A stretch of 64,000 nt of DNA, from the NCBI GenBank assembly GCA_049322915.1, contig JBMOPW010000034.1:96001-160000 (forward strand), given 5' to 3'. Origin of the DNA: Candidatus Zhuqueibacterota bacterium. Its GTDB lineage: Bacteria > Zhuqueibacterota > Zhuqueibacteria > Thermofontimicrobiales > Thermofontimicrobiaceae. Positions 47,485 to 56,305 of this stretch are shown piece after piece (positions within the stretch are counted from its first letter, which is position 1; the number at the start of each line of letters is the position of its first letter). A model generated the notes under the pieces. That model did no database searches, was not told the origin of the DNA, and was given only the letters and a program-made list of their open reading frames with translations. The position numbers and the translations under genes were made by a program.

Positions 47485-49719
47485 TTAGGCTTTTTCAATA
47501 GAAACGATGGTATCTTTTTCCGAAAGCCCAAGACCCAGTGTGTCTTTTTGGACTTCGATAAGAATATTGGTATTGACGCCGTTATGCTGTTTTTCCCACC
47601 ACAGGATGGCTGAGTCAGGATCAGCGGTTTCAACTTTTTTGCCCAGGGCAAAATTTCCCATGGCCCAATGTCCTAACCCGGAGCGAAGCGCAATCGCCCG
47701 GGGATGGACACCCTGGGATAGCCTCACTTCCGTTTCAATTTCCCCTGCTTTTGATTTCAATCGAATTTTCTGTCCATTGCGAATGCCCAATTTGTGAGCA
47801 GTTCTGGGATTAATCATGGCCTCGTTGACATGCGAAATCTCTGCCAACCATTTGGCATTGCCCGTGTTCGGCGTCATGACATTGCTCGTGAACGGAATTA
47901 AATAGAGCTGATTTCGGCTTAATTGAATCGGTTCCTGCAATGGAATATACCGGGGCAACTCGAACTCCCCTTTTCGCCGCAACTCGGATGAGGCTATTTC
48001 GAACTTCTTCGAAGGCGTCGCAAACCCTGATTTTTGATAAGTCACAAACGATCGGCCGGGATTGTCAGGCTCCCACATTCCCACTTTTTTCAAGTTATCG
48101 AAATCTTTGGCAGAATTCATCCCGGGAACCTGAGCGGCGATTTCTTTGAAATAATCTTCGACGTGTTTATAGTTCAAATTTTTCATGGCCGCGCCGCCAA
48201 TGGAAGAAGCCAGCAGTATCCAGATTTCAGCCAATGATTTGGACTCCCCGCGCGGAGCGATGGCCGGCTGTCCCAGCGTCACTTGCGGAACGAAATGGTA
48301 CGATGGGGCGACCGAAAGATCCCAGCTTTCCAGATGAGTGGCTGCTGGAAGCACAATATCGGCCAATGTGGCTGTTTCGCTCATTGCGGACTCGATGGCC
48401 ACAGCGAAAGGCACTTTCGATTCATCTGAAAATAGCTCTTTCATCATGTCGCTACTGGCGGAATCGTACACCGGGTTGCTGTGGAATGAAACGAGCGCAT
48501 CGATTTTTTCCCGGCCTTCGACCAATGCCTGGTAAAAATCAACGGGCGCATGGGACAGATCATCCTCGGCACCGAAGTCAGACAGATCGAATTTCTGCGG
48601 CAGGCAGTATCCACCTTTTTGATCGATATTGCCGACGACGGCATTCAAGAGCATGATCGATCGTTCGTTTTGAACGCCATTGCTCCGGCGGGTGACGCCG
48701 CTGCCAGACACAGCGACGGGATGTTGCCGTCGGGCGAACTCAATGGCCAGTTCCCTGATTTTTTGGGCAGGAATTGTGCAGATGGACTCGGCTTTTTCCG
48801 GCGTGAACTGACTCAGATAGGACTGCAATTCACTCGCGGAAATGTTAGTCCATCTGGCGATGAAATCGGCGTCGTGCAGTTGATTTTGCACGATGACATT
48901 GGCCAGGGTCAGAGCTAAAAGCGCATCGGTGCCCGGCATTATGGGCAGCCATTCTGCGCTTCTTCCGGCGGTATTGGACATGCGGGGATCGACAGTGACC
49001 AGGCGGGCGCCGTTGTTCATTTTTGCTTCAATGACCCGCTGGCTGATTGCCACGAACAACGGATGGGACTCAAAAAAGTTTGCGCCGAACGACAGGATGA
49101 AATCACTGTGCTCCACATCCGGAATTTCGTAACGCGCGCCCCAGGTAATTTTCTGGGCGTAATTTTTATTGAGATCGGAAAAGACCGGCGATGTGATGAC
49201 TCGGGCATCCCCCAACGATCTGATGAATCGACGACTCAATCCGGTGAGGTATCGCTCTTCCGAATTGAAGATGATTTCACCCGACCGTCCTGCCGAATCG
49301 CGGAGCCGCTCGGCAATTTCTCGCAACGCTTCCTGCCATGAGATTTTCTCCCAGGAACCGGCGCCGCGTTTTCCTTTTCGTTTCAGCGGCGTCAATGGGC
49401 GATTGGGATCATACACCAGATTCATCCCGGCAATGCCGCGCGCGCAAATCTTGCCACGATTGTTGGGATGGCGGGGATTGCCCTGAATTCCCATTAACCA
49501 GTCGTTTTCAAAAAAGCCAATGAGTCCGCACTGCGCCGGACAGAGATTGCAGAATGTGGGAGTGCCTTTGCGGAATTCTTCGGAGAGAAAGGAAACATTC
49601 TTGCCGGAGCTGCTGATCTCTGCGAACAGTGGGCTGAACTCATTCAGAAACAGTGTGGAAAAAAGTCCAGCCGATGTATATTTAATGAATTTTCGTCGAT
49701 TCAAATTTTGTTCAATCAT
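47485..49719 (-). CDS. Tat-exported molybdopterin oxidoreductase catalytic subunit (DMSO reductase family, Psr/Ttr/Arr-like)
   Basis: NRRKFIK Tat motif, CNLCPAQC...C FS0 motif, DPR, PGTD, ADIVLP...LE, INP..A..LGI, GLGH. Confidence 0.9.
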   Translation of the reverse strand: MIEQNLNRRKFIKYTSAGLFSTLFLNEFSPLFAEISSSGKNVSFLSEEFRKGTPTFCNLCPAQCGLIGFFENDWLMGIQGNPRHPNNRGKICARGIAGMNLVYDPNRPLTPLKRKGKRGAGSWEKISWQEALREIAERLRDSAGRSGEIIFNSEERYLTGLSRRFIRSLGDARVITSPVFSDLNKNYAQKITWGARYEIPDVEHSDFILSFGANFFESHPLFVAISQRVIEAKMNNGARLVTVDPRMSNTAGRSAEWLPIMPGTDALLALTLANVIVQNQLHDADFIARWTNISASELQSYLSQFTPEKAESICTIPAQKIRELAIEFARRQHPVAVSGSGVTRRSNGVQNERSIMLLNAVVGNIDQKGGYCLPQKFDLSDFGAEDDLSHAPVDFYQALVEGREKIDALVSFHSNPVYDSASSDMMKELFSDESKVPFAVAIESAMSETATLADIVLPAATHLESWDLSVAPSYHFVPQVTLGQPAIAPRGESKSLAEIWILLASSIGGAAMKNLNYKHVEDYFKEIAAQVPGMNSAKDFDNLKKVGMWEPDNPGRSFVTYQKSGFATPSKKFEIASSELRRKGEFELPRYIPLQEPIQLSRNQLYLIPFTSNVMTPNTGNAKWLAEISHVNEAMINPRTAHKLGIRNGQKIRLKSKAGEIETEVRLSQGVHPRAIALRSGLGHWAMGNFALGKKVETADPDSAILWWEKQHNGVNTNILIEVQKDTLGLGLSEKDTIVSIEKA

Positions 49720-49743
49720 GCTTTTAAAATCCCAATCTCATGG

Positions 49744-50640
49744 TTAAATCAGCGGTAAATGTTCGCCACCCAGAACGACCACATATCGCATGAAGAAAAT
49801 GCCAATCATCACCAGGACAGAAGCGATAACCAAATTTCTTACAGATCTGAATCGCGGGGTCACGATGATTGTGAGTGGAATAATTTTGCCTAATATGTTT
49901 TCAATGAAAATGAAGTACGGGCTGAATTCATGGTACATCAATAAATCGGCCGCTTCTTTCGCTTCGGTGTGGGACGTGATCAAAACGATGACGTCGCTCA
50001 AAACGAGAAACAGGTCAAACACAATGACGCCGGCCAGAATTGTACCCAGTGAATAAATCAAGCTCGTGTTGACTATTTTCTCCTTTGTGAAAAAGCGGTC
50101 CCGAATATAACAGACCAAAATCATCATAGCAATACCAGACACCATGGCAGAGACAAGAAACAAAATCGGCATCAATGCTGTGTTCCAAAGCGCCCTGGCT
50201 TTTGCCAGCGCCAGAATGAATCCGGTGTAGCCGTGCACCATAATTGCCAGAGGTAGGCCAATTAACCCGAAGGTTTTCGTAAGTTTCATGTTTCCCTTGA
50301 ACATGAAATAACCGTAGATAATTGAGTTGATCGGGTAAAGCGTCAGCAGAAAGGATCCCCAACTGATGGGCGATGTGAAATTGATATAGGCGAACAAATG
50401 CCAGGGTTTGAGCGGTTGGCCAACATGGATCAGCAAAAACATCGGAGCGGCTACGAGAAGAATGGTTGCCAATACGACCCCGATTTTTCCCAGTGGTTTG
50501 AACTTGGTCAATCCAAAGCCATAGGCCAGTGTGGACATGATGAACGAGCCAGCGCTCAAACCGGTCAAATAAAAATAGAGGGCAATATAAATTCCAAATG
50601 TCTCTTGAATGTGAATGTTATACAGGAGCTCGACATTCAT
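49744..50640 (-). CDS. NrfD/PsrC-family membrane anchor
   Basis: IALYFYLTGLSAG, SPISWG, HGYTG, LWN....P.LFL.SA..SG, RY. Confidence 0.92.
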   Translation of the reverse strand: MNVELLYNIHIQETFGIYIALYFYLTGLSAGSFIMSTLAYGFGLTKFKPLGKIGVVLATILLVAAPMFLLIHVGQPLKPWHLFAYINFTSPISWGSFLLTLYPINSIIYGYFMFKGNMKLTKTFGLIGLPLAIMVHGYTGFILALAKARALWNTALMPILFLVSAMVSGIAMMILVCYIRDRFFTKEKIVNTSLIYSLGTILAGVIVFDLFLVLSDVIVLITSHTEAKEAADLLMYHEFSPYFIFIENILGKIIPLTIIVTPRFRSVRNLVIASVLVMIGIFFMRYVVVLGGEHLPLI

Positions 50641-50643
50641 GGA

Positions 50644-51231
50644 TTACTCTTCCTTTTTCTCTTTTATGTCCGCTGTTTGCAGATCAATGTCGATATAAAA
50701 TACATGAGGATCGGTTCCCATCATCGGTTTCAGGACAGAGACGTTATTGGTGGCAATCAATTTTGCAATTTCGCTATTCTCGTCATTCAGATCGCCAAAG
50801 ATCCGCGCGCCAACCGGACACGCATCCACGCATGCTGGTGGAAGCCCTTTCTCCACGCGATGCACGCACCAATCGCATTTCTGACAGAAATTCATAATCG
50901 GATTGATGTACCTGACGCCGTAAGGACAGGCCGCCATGCAATAGCGACAGCCGATGCAGAGATGCGGATCGATCGTCACAATACCATCCTCTCGCTTTTT
51001 TGAGGCGTAGGTCGGACAGACAGTGACGCAAATTGGATCTTCACAATTATTGCACAGCAGCGGTAAAAACGAAATCGATGTGTTGGGATATTCGCCCTTT
51101 GCAGCCTGTTTCACCCACGACCGCCAGACGCCCAATGGCACGCTGTTTTCGCTTTTGCATGCGACAGAGCACGTGTTGCAGCCTATGCATCGCCGTAAAT
51201 CTATCAGAAAGCCGTATCGTTTCTTCGCCAA
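50644..51231 (-). CDS. four-cluster Fe-S subunit (PsrB/TtrB/NrfC-like)
   Basis: CIGCNTCSVAC, CNNCEDPICVTVCP, CIGCRYCMAACPY, KCDWC...PACVDACP; SD GGAGG favours TTG 51231. Confidence 0.92.
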   Translation of the reverse strand: MAKKRYGFLIDLRRCIGCNTCSVACKSENSVPLGVWRSWVKQAAKGEYPNTSISFLPLLCNNCEDPICVTVCPTYASKKREDGIVTIDPHLCIGCRYCMAACPYGVRYINPIMNFCQKCDWCVHRVEKGLPPACVDACPVGARIFGDLNDENSEIAKLIATNNVSVLKPMMGTDPHVFYIDIDLQTADIKEKKEE

Positions 51232-51470
51232 ACTTAACAACCTCCATTTATTTAAAGAGAAAGTGAGAATAATCAGAATGAAACCGGTTCCGTGTCAGTA
51301 GTCGGGATGACGTTACTTTCTTCACCTTCCTCATTCCTCCACGAAGGAAAGAATTCGAATCTGAGAGTGTCATCGTAAATCGGATAGTCGCATGTCGAAA
51401 TCACCTCCAGCTTAACCAGTTGATAGACTGATTTTCCAACTATCCTGATTATTCCACTTTCCGTTCTCTA

Positions 51471-52436
51471 TTATACCATTTTTTTTGCTCGTTCTCTTTG
51501 TCGCACAAAACTGATGGCTGCTGCCGCGATGCTGGGTCCCGAATCCCCCACCGGACATTTCCCAGCGCAGCGGGAGCACGCCACGCAATATTTCGCCAAC
51601 CTCTTGACTTTTTCATAATCGCCCAACCGCGTGGCCAGAACCATGGTCATGGGATAGGGTTCGCCATCGACGATTTTCACGGGACAGGCGCCCACGCAGG
51701 TCTGACAATTGTAACAATTCAATGCCTGCCCAGTGCCTTGAATCAACGCTGGCTGCAATGTATAGTCAAATACTAAGACGATGCAAAACAGAATGGCCAG
51801 CGCATTCAACGTCGTCATATCAAATTGAAATCTGGAAAAGTAATGCATCACGTTTGTCACGGCATTGAATTCCGGATGTTCCGGCATACCCGATAACACC
51901 GCCATGGAAACCGCTTCGCGGAACCCTTCCATGGTTTCGATGGAACCGTGAATTGTTGGCGGCACAAAATCGATGTCCAGCCGATTCGCCTTGATCACCT
52001 GGTCGGCAAGCCCGTCCAGCGCTGAAATCATTTCCTGATGCTGCAGAATATCGATGGCCTGAATTTTTCCATCTTCAACATTGACAGCAACATGAATGGG
52101 GCCGCGAAGCCCGGATCCTGCGCCGAGAAATTCGCCATTTTCAACCCAGGCAAGGTCAGGCGGGAAATGCTCTTTGATGTAGCTCGACACGCGCTGATAT
52201 TGCACAATGTAATAAAGTCCGAAAACAATTCCCAAAATCAAGACAGGGATGATGATGATAAAATAGGATTGCTTTCGAACGATGTACGTTTTAATTGCGC
52301 TGTACAGCAACAGAATTCCCAGAAGAGCAAAAAGCAAAAACCTTCCGGAAACGAAAGCGAACGCTGTGATGACAGTCAGCATGGCCAAACGCCATGGCCG
52401 CTCATATATGATTGAGAAATTTAGTTTAGCCAACAT
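51471..52436 (-). CDS. membrane protein with FMN_bind-like domain and C-terminal 2x[4Fe-4S] domain
   Basis: three N-terminal TMs, GSGLRGPIHVAVNVEDGKI..I.IL.HQE, one more TM, CYNCQTCVGACP and CVACSRCAGKCP. Confidence 0.8.
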   Translation of the reverse strand: MLAKLNFSIIYERPWRLAMLTVITAFAFVSGRFLLFALLGILLLYSAIKTYIVRKQSYFIIIIPVLILGIVFGLYYIVQYQRVSSYIKEHFPPDLAWVENGEFLGAGSGLRGPIHVAVNVEDGKIQAIDILQHQEMISALDGLADQVIKANRLDIDFVPPTIHGSIETMEGFREAVSMAVLSGMPEHPEFNAVTNVMHYFSRFQFDMTTLNALAILFCIVLVFDYTLQPALIQGTGQALNCYNCQTCVGACPVKIVDGEPYPMTMVLATRLGDYEKVKRLAKYCVACSRCAGKCPVGDSGPSIAAAAISFVRQRERAKKMV

Positions 52437-53046
52437 TGCCTCCAGAGACGTCGGAGCGATTCAACCATTGCGCCACTTCATCGATAAAGCCTTTATTGAT
52501 CAGCCCTTTTTCGAAGGCATGCTGCACCATGCTTCGAGGAATTTTGTTCTCGCGCAATGCCTTCATGGTCAGCAACTGCATGCTGCCGAAAATCTGGGGA
52601 AGGTTCAAATATTGCACGCAAAAGCCCTGACAGTTGCCGCAGCGAATGCAGCGCAATCCTCCATTCCGCAAAAACCGATTGTAATCTGTCACGCGGGCAG
52701 CGACCACCAGTTCGGCCTGAAACGCAATGCCCACCGGACATTTATCCTGAGTTCCGTAACACGCGCGGCATTCGTAGCAATAGATGCTTTGCGGAATGCC
52801 ATTCAGCACAGCTTTGCCGACATCGATTGCCAGAATCGTGGCAATGCCCAGCATGGCCGCCCGATTGAGATTGATGGTGAGCGCGCGATCATTGACGTTC
52901 GCGAAAAACTGAAAGCGCCGAATCCCCGGCATCACCATGGGCTGGTCTTCCTGAAAGCGGACAGCGGTCGGTTTGGTTTCCTTCTCTTTGCTGCTTTGTG
53001 TATGTTCGTTTTCCATCATGATTTCAATTCTATGTAAATGGTTCAT
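52426..53046 (-). CDS. membrane-associated Fe-S protein (HdrC-like cysteine pattern)
   Basis: CYECRAC......CP and CIRCGNCQGFC, one hydrophobic segment; start 53046 (TAATG coupling) or 53019/53016. Confidence 0.75.
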   Translation of the reverse strand: MNHLHRIEIMMENEHTQSSKEKETKPTAVRFQEDQPMVMPGIRRFQFFANVNDRALTINLNRAAMLGIATILAIDVGKAVLNGIPQSIYCYECRACYGTQDKCPVGIAFQAELVVAARVTDYNRFLRNGGLRCIRCGNCQGFCVQYLNLPQIFGSMQLLTMKALRENKIPRSMVQHAFEKGLINKGFIDEVAQWLNRSDVSGGNVG

Positions 53047-53198
53047 TAATTTGGCAGCATCAACGCCATTAGCAGTCCCGCGATTAAGCCACCCAACGCG
53101 CCTTGCATGAGCTCTTTCGGAGTTTTCATATCCAGAGAATACGCAATGATGACTCCGGAAACAGCGCCGGCAAAAAGGAATGATAGAATCGTCAACAA
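53046..53198 (-). CDS. 50-aa two-helix membrane protein (absent from ORF track)
   Basis: SD GAGAGGA then TTG; MLTILSFLFAGAVSGVIIAYSLDMKTPKELMQGALGGLIAGLLMALMLPN*; resembles the C-terminal hairpin of the upstream transporter; TAATG-coupled to next gene. Confidence 0.75.
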   Translation of the reverse strand: MLTILSFLFAGAVSGVIIAYSLDMKTPKELMQGALGGLIAGLLMALMLPN

Positions 53199-53211
53199 AT
53201 TTCAATCCTCT

Positions 53212-54900
53212 CTATTTGGTTCTTCTTACAATCGACAATGTTTTAGGAACCATGCCTCCGATGAGTAAGGCAGCGAAGGTTCCACCGATGAAGCCCTGAA
53301 TCAGTTGCATCAGTTTGAAATCATAAACCGAAAGCGCCAGTACTGCCCCGGCAATTCCACCGGAGACCAGAAAATAAACGAGCTGCATTTTCCAGTTGCG
53401 ATTTGTATCTTTGCTCAGGGTTCGACTCACGAACGACATGATTCCGATAGAAATGAGGACGACGACTAATGTGTATACGGCCAGCATTAGCAGGTCCTGG
53501 GAGAAGTCCGGATTATTGGGAGAAAACACAGTGAAATTCATGAACTTCATGTAGATTGCAGCAATCGGCGCCATTATGGCCATTGAAGCGAATGTGTAGG
53601 CGCCTTTGATATAGCCGGTTTCAGCGCGCATCTGGCCTTCGCCCATTGTACCTCCGCCGCCGAGCGGCGATGGTCCGCAGGATGTGGTGGCGTTGATCAT
53701 GTAAGCGGACATGACGATGGCCAATTGGGGCCATGTGATTAAATTGAATTTGGCCGGGCCGAAAAGATACAGCACAGGAACAAGCGCTGCCGTGAGAATT
53801 CGGGAGCATGAAAGAGGCAGAATTGTCTGCATCTGAACGAAAATTGCCAGCATCCCGGCAACGCCCAATATCTGAACGGATGACAGACTTTTCAGGATCA
53901 CGCCAAGCGCATCGAATCCGCCAGTGGCGGCCAACGAACCGGCTGCCATGAATCCGGCTGCCATGGCAGTGACTGGCAGAAGAATAATACCGTTCATCAA
54001 ACTCTGGATGGAAGCGCCGCACAGAAGCACAATCAAGATACCGCCAGCAACGAGCACTGTTTGCACCGGCATTTTACCGAACGGCTGGAAAATGGCGATG
54101 AGCAATGATGCGATGAAAATGAAAAGCGACAAATACCCTTTGAAGGGCGCTTTTACTTTCGGTTGGCTGACTCTCTCTTCGGCGGGCCGATTCGTCGGTT
54201 TATCGCGAAGCGAGACATCCTCGGGATAGAGTTTTTGGGAGATAATTTTCAAAAAAAGCGCGGTCAGGGCAGTGCCAATCATCAGCGCAAAGGCCTGCGG
54301 CGAGCGCAGAATGCCGTCGCTGGCGGTCGGAAAAAAAGCACCGAGGAAACCTTCGCCGATTTGCCCAACGCCGCCAATGGGCGACGGGCCGCACGATCCC
54401 ATGGCATTTCGTGTGAAAGCGCCAATTAGTACAATCAACTGAGTCCGTGTGAGGATGCCCATTCCACCTTCATAGCCGAACGAAAAAAGGAGCGGCAGCA
54501 ATGCAGCAGCGATAATTCGTCCGCACGGCAGTGAAGCGATGACCGGCAAATTGATGATGATGACGAGGGTTCCGGCGATGCCGATCGGGGTTTTTCTCAG
54601 CTTGTCGATGATGACTTTTAACGCATCGAACCCTTTGGTTGCGTCCAGTGCGCCTGCCAAAAACAATCCCCCCAGCAGTGCGGTGATAGGATGTAAAATG
54701 ATACCGCCGATCATCTCATTTGGAAGCAGCAGCGCGCTTTTCAATCCATCGGTAGAAATTCGAAAGATGGCCCCAATGATCAAACACACCAGGCTTACTA
54801 AAACGAGGACCGTCTGAACAGGTAAATTAATTTTTCTGAATAGCGTTAAAACCATGGTGACGATGAAGATCGTCAACGTAATATAACCTAAAAACTCCAC
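53212..54900 (-). CDS. polytopic secondary transporter with internal duplication (IT-superfamily-like, possible carboxylate carrier)
   Basis: many TMs; repeated motifs PVQTVLV, ATxGFDAL, C.RI..AAL.P.L, SCGPSP.GG.G..GEG in each half. Confidence 0.7.
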   Translation of the reverse strand: MEFLGYITLTIFIVTMVLTLFRKINLPVQTVLVLVSLVCLIIGAIFRISTDGLKSALLLPNEMIGGIILHPITALLGGLFLAGALDATKGFDALKVIIDKLRKTPIGIAGTLVIIINLPVIASLPCGRIIAAALLPLLFSFGYEGGMGILTRTQLIVLIGAFTRNAMGSCGPSPIGGVGQIGEGFLGAFFPTASDGILRSPQAFALMIGTALTALFLKIISQKLYPEDVSLRDKPTNRPAEERVSQPKVKAPFKGYLSLFIFIASLLIAIFQPFGKMPVQTVLVAGGILIVLLCGASIQSLMNGIILLPVTAMAAGFMAAGSLAATGGFDALGVILKSLSSVQILGVAGMLAIFVQMQTILPLSCSRILTAALVPVLYLFGPAKFNLITWPQLAIVMSAYMINATTSCGPSPLGGGGTMGEGQMRAETGYIKGAYTFASMAIMAPIAAIYMKFMNFTVFSPNNPDFSQDLLMLAVYTLVVVLISIGIMSFVSRTLSKDTNRNWKMQLVYFLVSGGIAGAVLALSVYDFKLMQLIQGFIGGTFAALLIGGMVPKTLSIVRRTK

Positions 54901-54927
54901 CTTTTCCTCATCAATTTTTGGGATGGT

Positions 54928-55260
54928 CTATCGAGCGCACGTGTTCTGAAATCCTGATTTCTTTTTAAGTGAAAATGGCAGATTCACTAAATACTTATCG
55001 TCTGTCTGAGAGATGTGAACAGTGTCACCAATCTGAATATTCCCCATGCACATCGTGCATTTCGAGGCTTCGGCTTCGATGATTGTCCCATTGGACAACT
55101 TCACCTTCATGCGGCTCAAAATGAACTCCTCGATGCCAAGTCGCGCCGGGCAAAACTCGAGCACGGTTCCTTTCCGGTGATTTTTGATGCGGTAAATTTC
55201 TGTGGCCACATAAAAAAGAATGAGCCCGAGAAATGTGTAAAATGATACAGTATCGTACAT
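54928..55260 (-). CDS. small membrane-anchored hypothetical protein with CxxC
   Basis: N-terminal TM, CTMC; tightly packed in the operon. Confidence 0.7.
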   Translation of the reverse strand: MYDTVSFYTFLGLILFYVATEIYRIKNHRKGTVLEFCPARLGIEEFILSRMKVKLSNGTIIEAEASKCTMCMGNIQIGDTVHISQTDDKYLVNLPFSLKKKSGFQNTCAR

Positions 55261-55263
55261 CGG

Positions 55264-56223
55264 CTACATACTCCAGGAGAACACATTCACTTGTTTCAGC
55301 TCTGAATCCGTGACATACAGGCGGGACGCGGCGTCGATGGAAATCGAGACAGGCCGTTTCAATCCTTCCGTCCAAACACCAATGAAACCGCCTTCAGGGG
55401 TAAACTTTTGAATACGGCCGTTGACGGTATCGCAGACGTATACATTCTGCTGACCATCGAGGCTGATGGCTTCTGGCAAATTGAGCTGACCTTTGCCGCT
55501 TCCGTTTTCAGAAAATTTGAATTGAAACATGCCGTCACTGGAAAGCACTTTCACCTGGCCATGTTTGCTATCGACGACGTAGATCGTGCCATTTTCCGCA
55601 ACCGCAACATCGGTGACAATGCGGAACCGATAGTCACTGCTACCCCGAGCCAGATTCTTGGGATCATCGCCCAGATCGCCAAAATTGGCAACGAGCGACA
55701 GGGTCGATTTATCGTACACAGCCAGCATGTGATTGCGAGTGTTGCAGACGTAAATTTTATCCCGGACAAAAATTCCTTTGGGGGTATAAAATGCTTCAGG
55801 GTATCCACCGACGGCGCCGAATTGCTGTTTGTAATTGCCCAGGGCATCCAGAATGACAACTCGCCCGTTATTTGAATCGACGACATAAACGTCACTGGTG
55901 TCCGCATCAATAGCAATTCCCTGAGGATAATTGAATTGACCAGCGCCGGAACCAGGCTGTCCGACCCGGCGAATTGGCGTCCCTTTTTCATCGAAAATAT
56001 GCACGCAATACCCACCTGCGTCGGTGACATAGATGGTGCCGTTGGGGCTAACAGCCACGCCGTAAGGATCGATGAAGCCGCGAATCGTTAGTGTAGCCGG
56101 GGTGCTTCGGACAATTTTTGGAAAGGAGAAGCTGATAGCGGAAGCCGCGCTCAAAGCAAGACTGGTTTTGAGGAATTTGCGACGAGTAATTTTGTGAGAC
56201 TGATTTCGATTTTCGTTCATCAT
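55264..56223 (-). CDS. Tat-exported NHL-repeat beta-propeller protein
   Basis: TRRKFLK, repeated P.GIA.D...YV.D..N.R blades. Confidence 0.9.
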   Translation of the reverse strand: MMNENRNQSHKITRRKFLKTSLALSAASAISFSFPKIVRSTPATLTIRGFIDPYGVAVSPNGTIYVTDAGGYCVHIFDEKGTPIRRVGQPGSGAGQFNYPQGIAIDADTSDVYVVDSNNGRVVILDALGNYKQQFGAVGGYPEAFYTPKGIFVRDKIYVCNTRNHMLAVYDKSTLSLVANFGDLGDDPKNLARGSSDYRFRIVTDVAVAENGTIYVVDSKHGQVKVLSSDGMFQFKFSENGSGKGQLNLPEAISLDGQQNVYVCDTVNGRIQKFTPEGGFIGVWTEGLKRPVSISIDAASRLYVTDSELKQVNVFSWSM

Positions 56224-56257
56224 ATTATTCTATCCAAATGATGGTCACTGGCAGGAC

Positions 56258-56305
56258 AAAAAAAAGACTATAAAGGGAAATCGTGGCTTCCTCCTTTTAT
56301 AGTCT
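56258..56305 (-). terminator. intrinsic terminator within the operon leader
   Basis: minus strand AGACTATAAAAGGA...TCCCTTTATAGTCT followed by a T run, between promoter and first gene. Confidence 0.8.

Noticed and set aside
51245..51470. Moco/Wco riboswitch before the molybdoenzyme genes
   Set aside because: Structured, but I could not match the Moco motif consensus by eye; kept only as an unassigned structure
53047..53205. N-terminal MKFVDD...CRRC extension of the 259-aa Fe-S ORF
   Set aside because: An overlapping frame gives a better gene: well-spaced SD, two TM helices, similarity to the transporter tail and TAATG coupling
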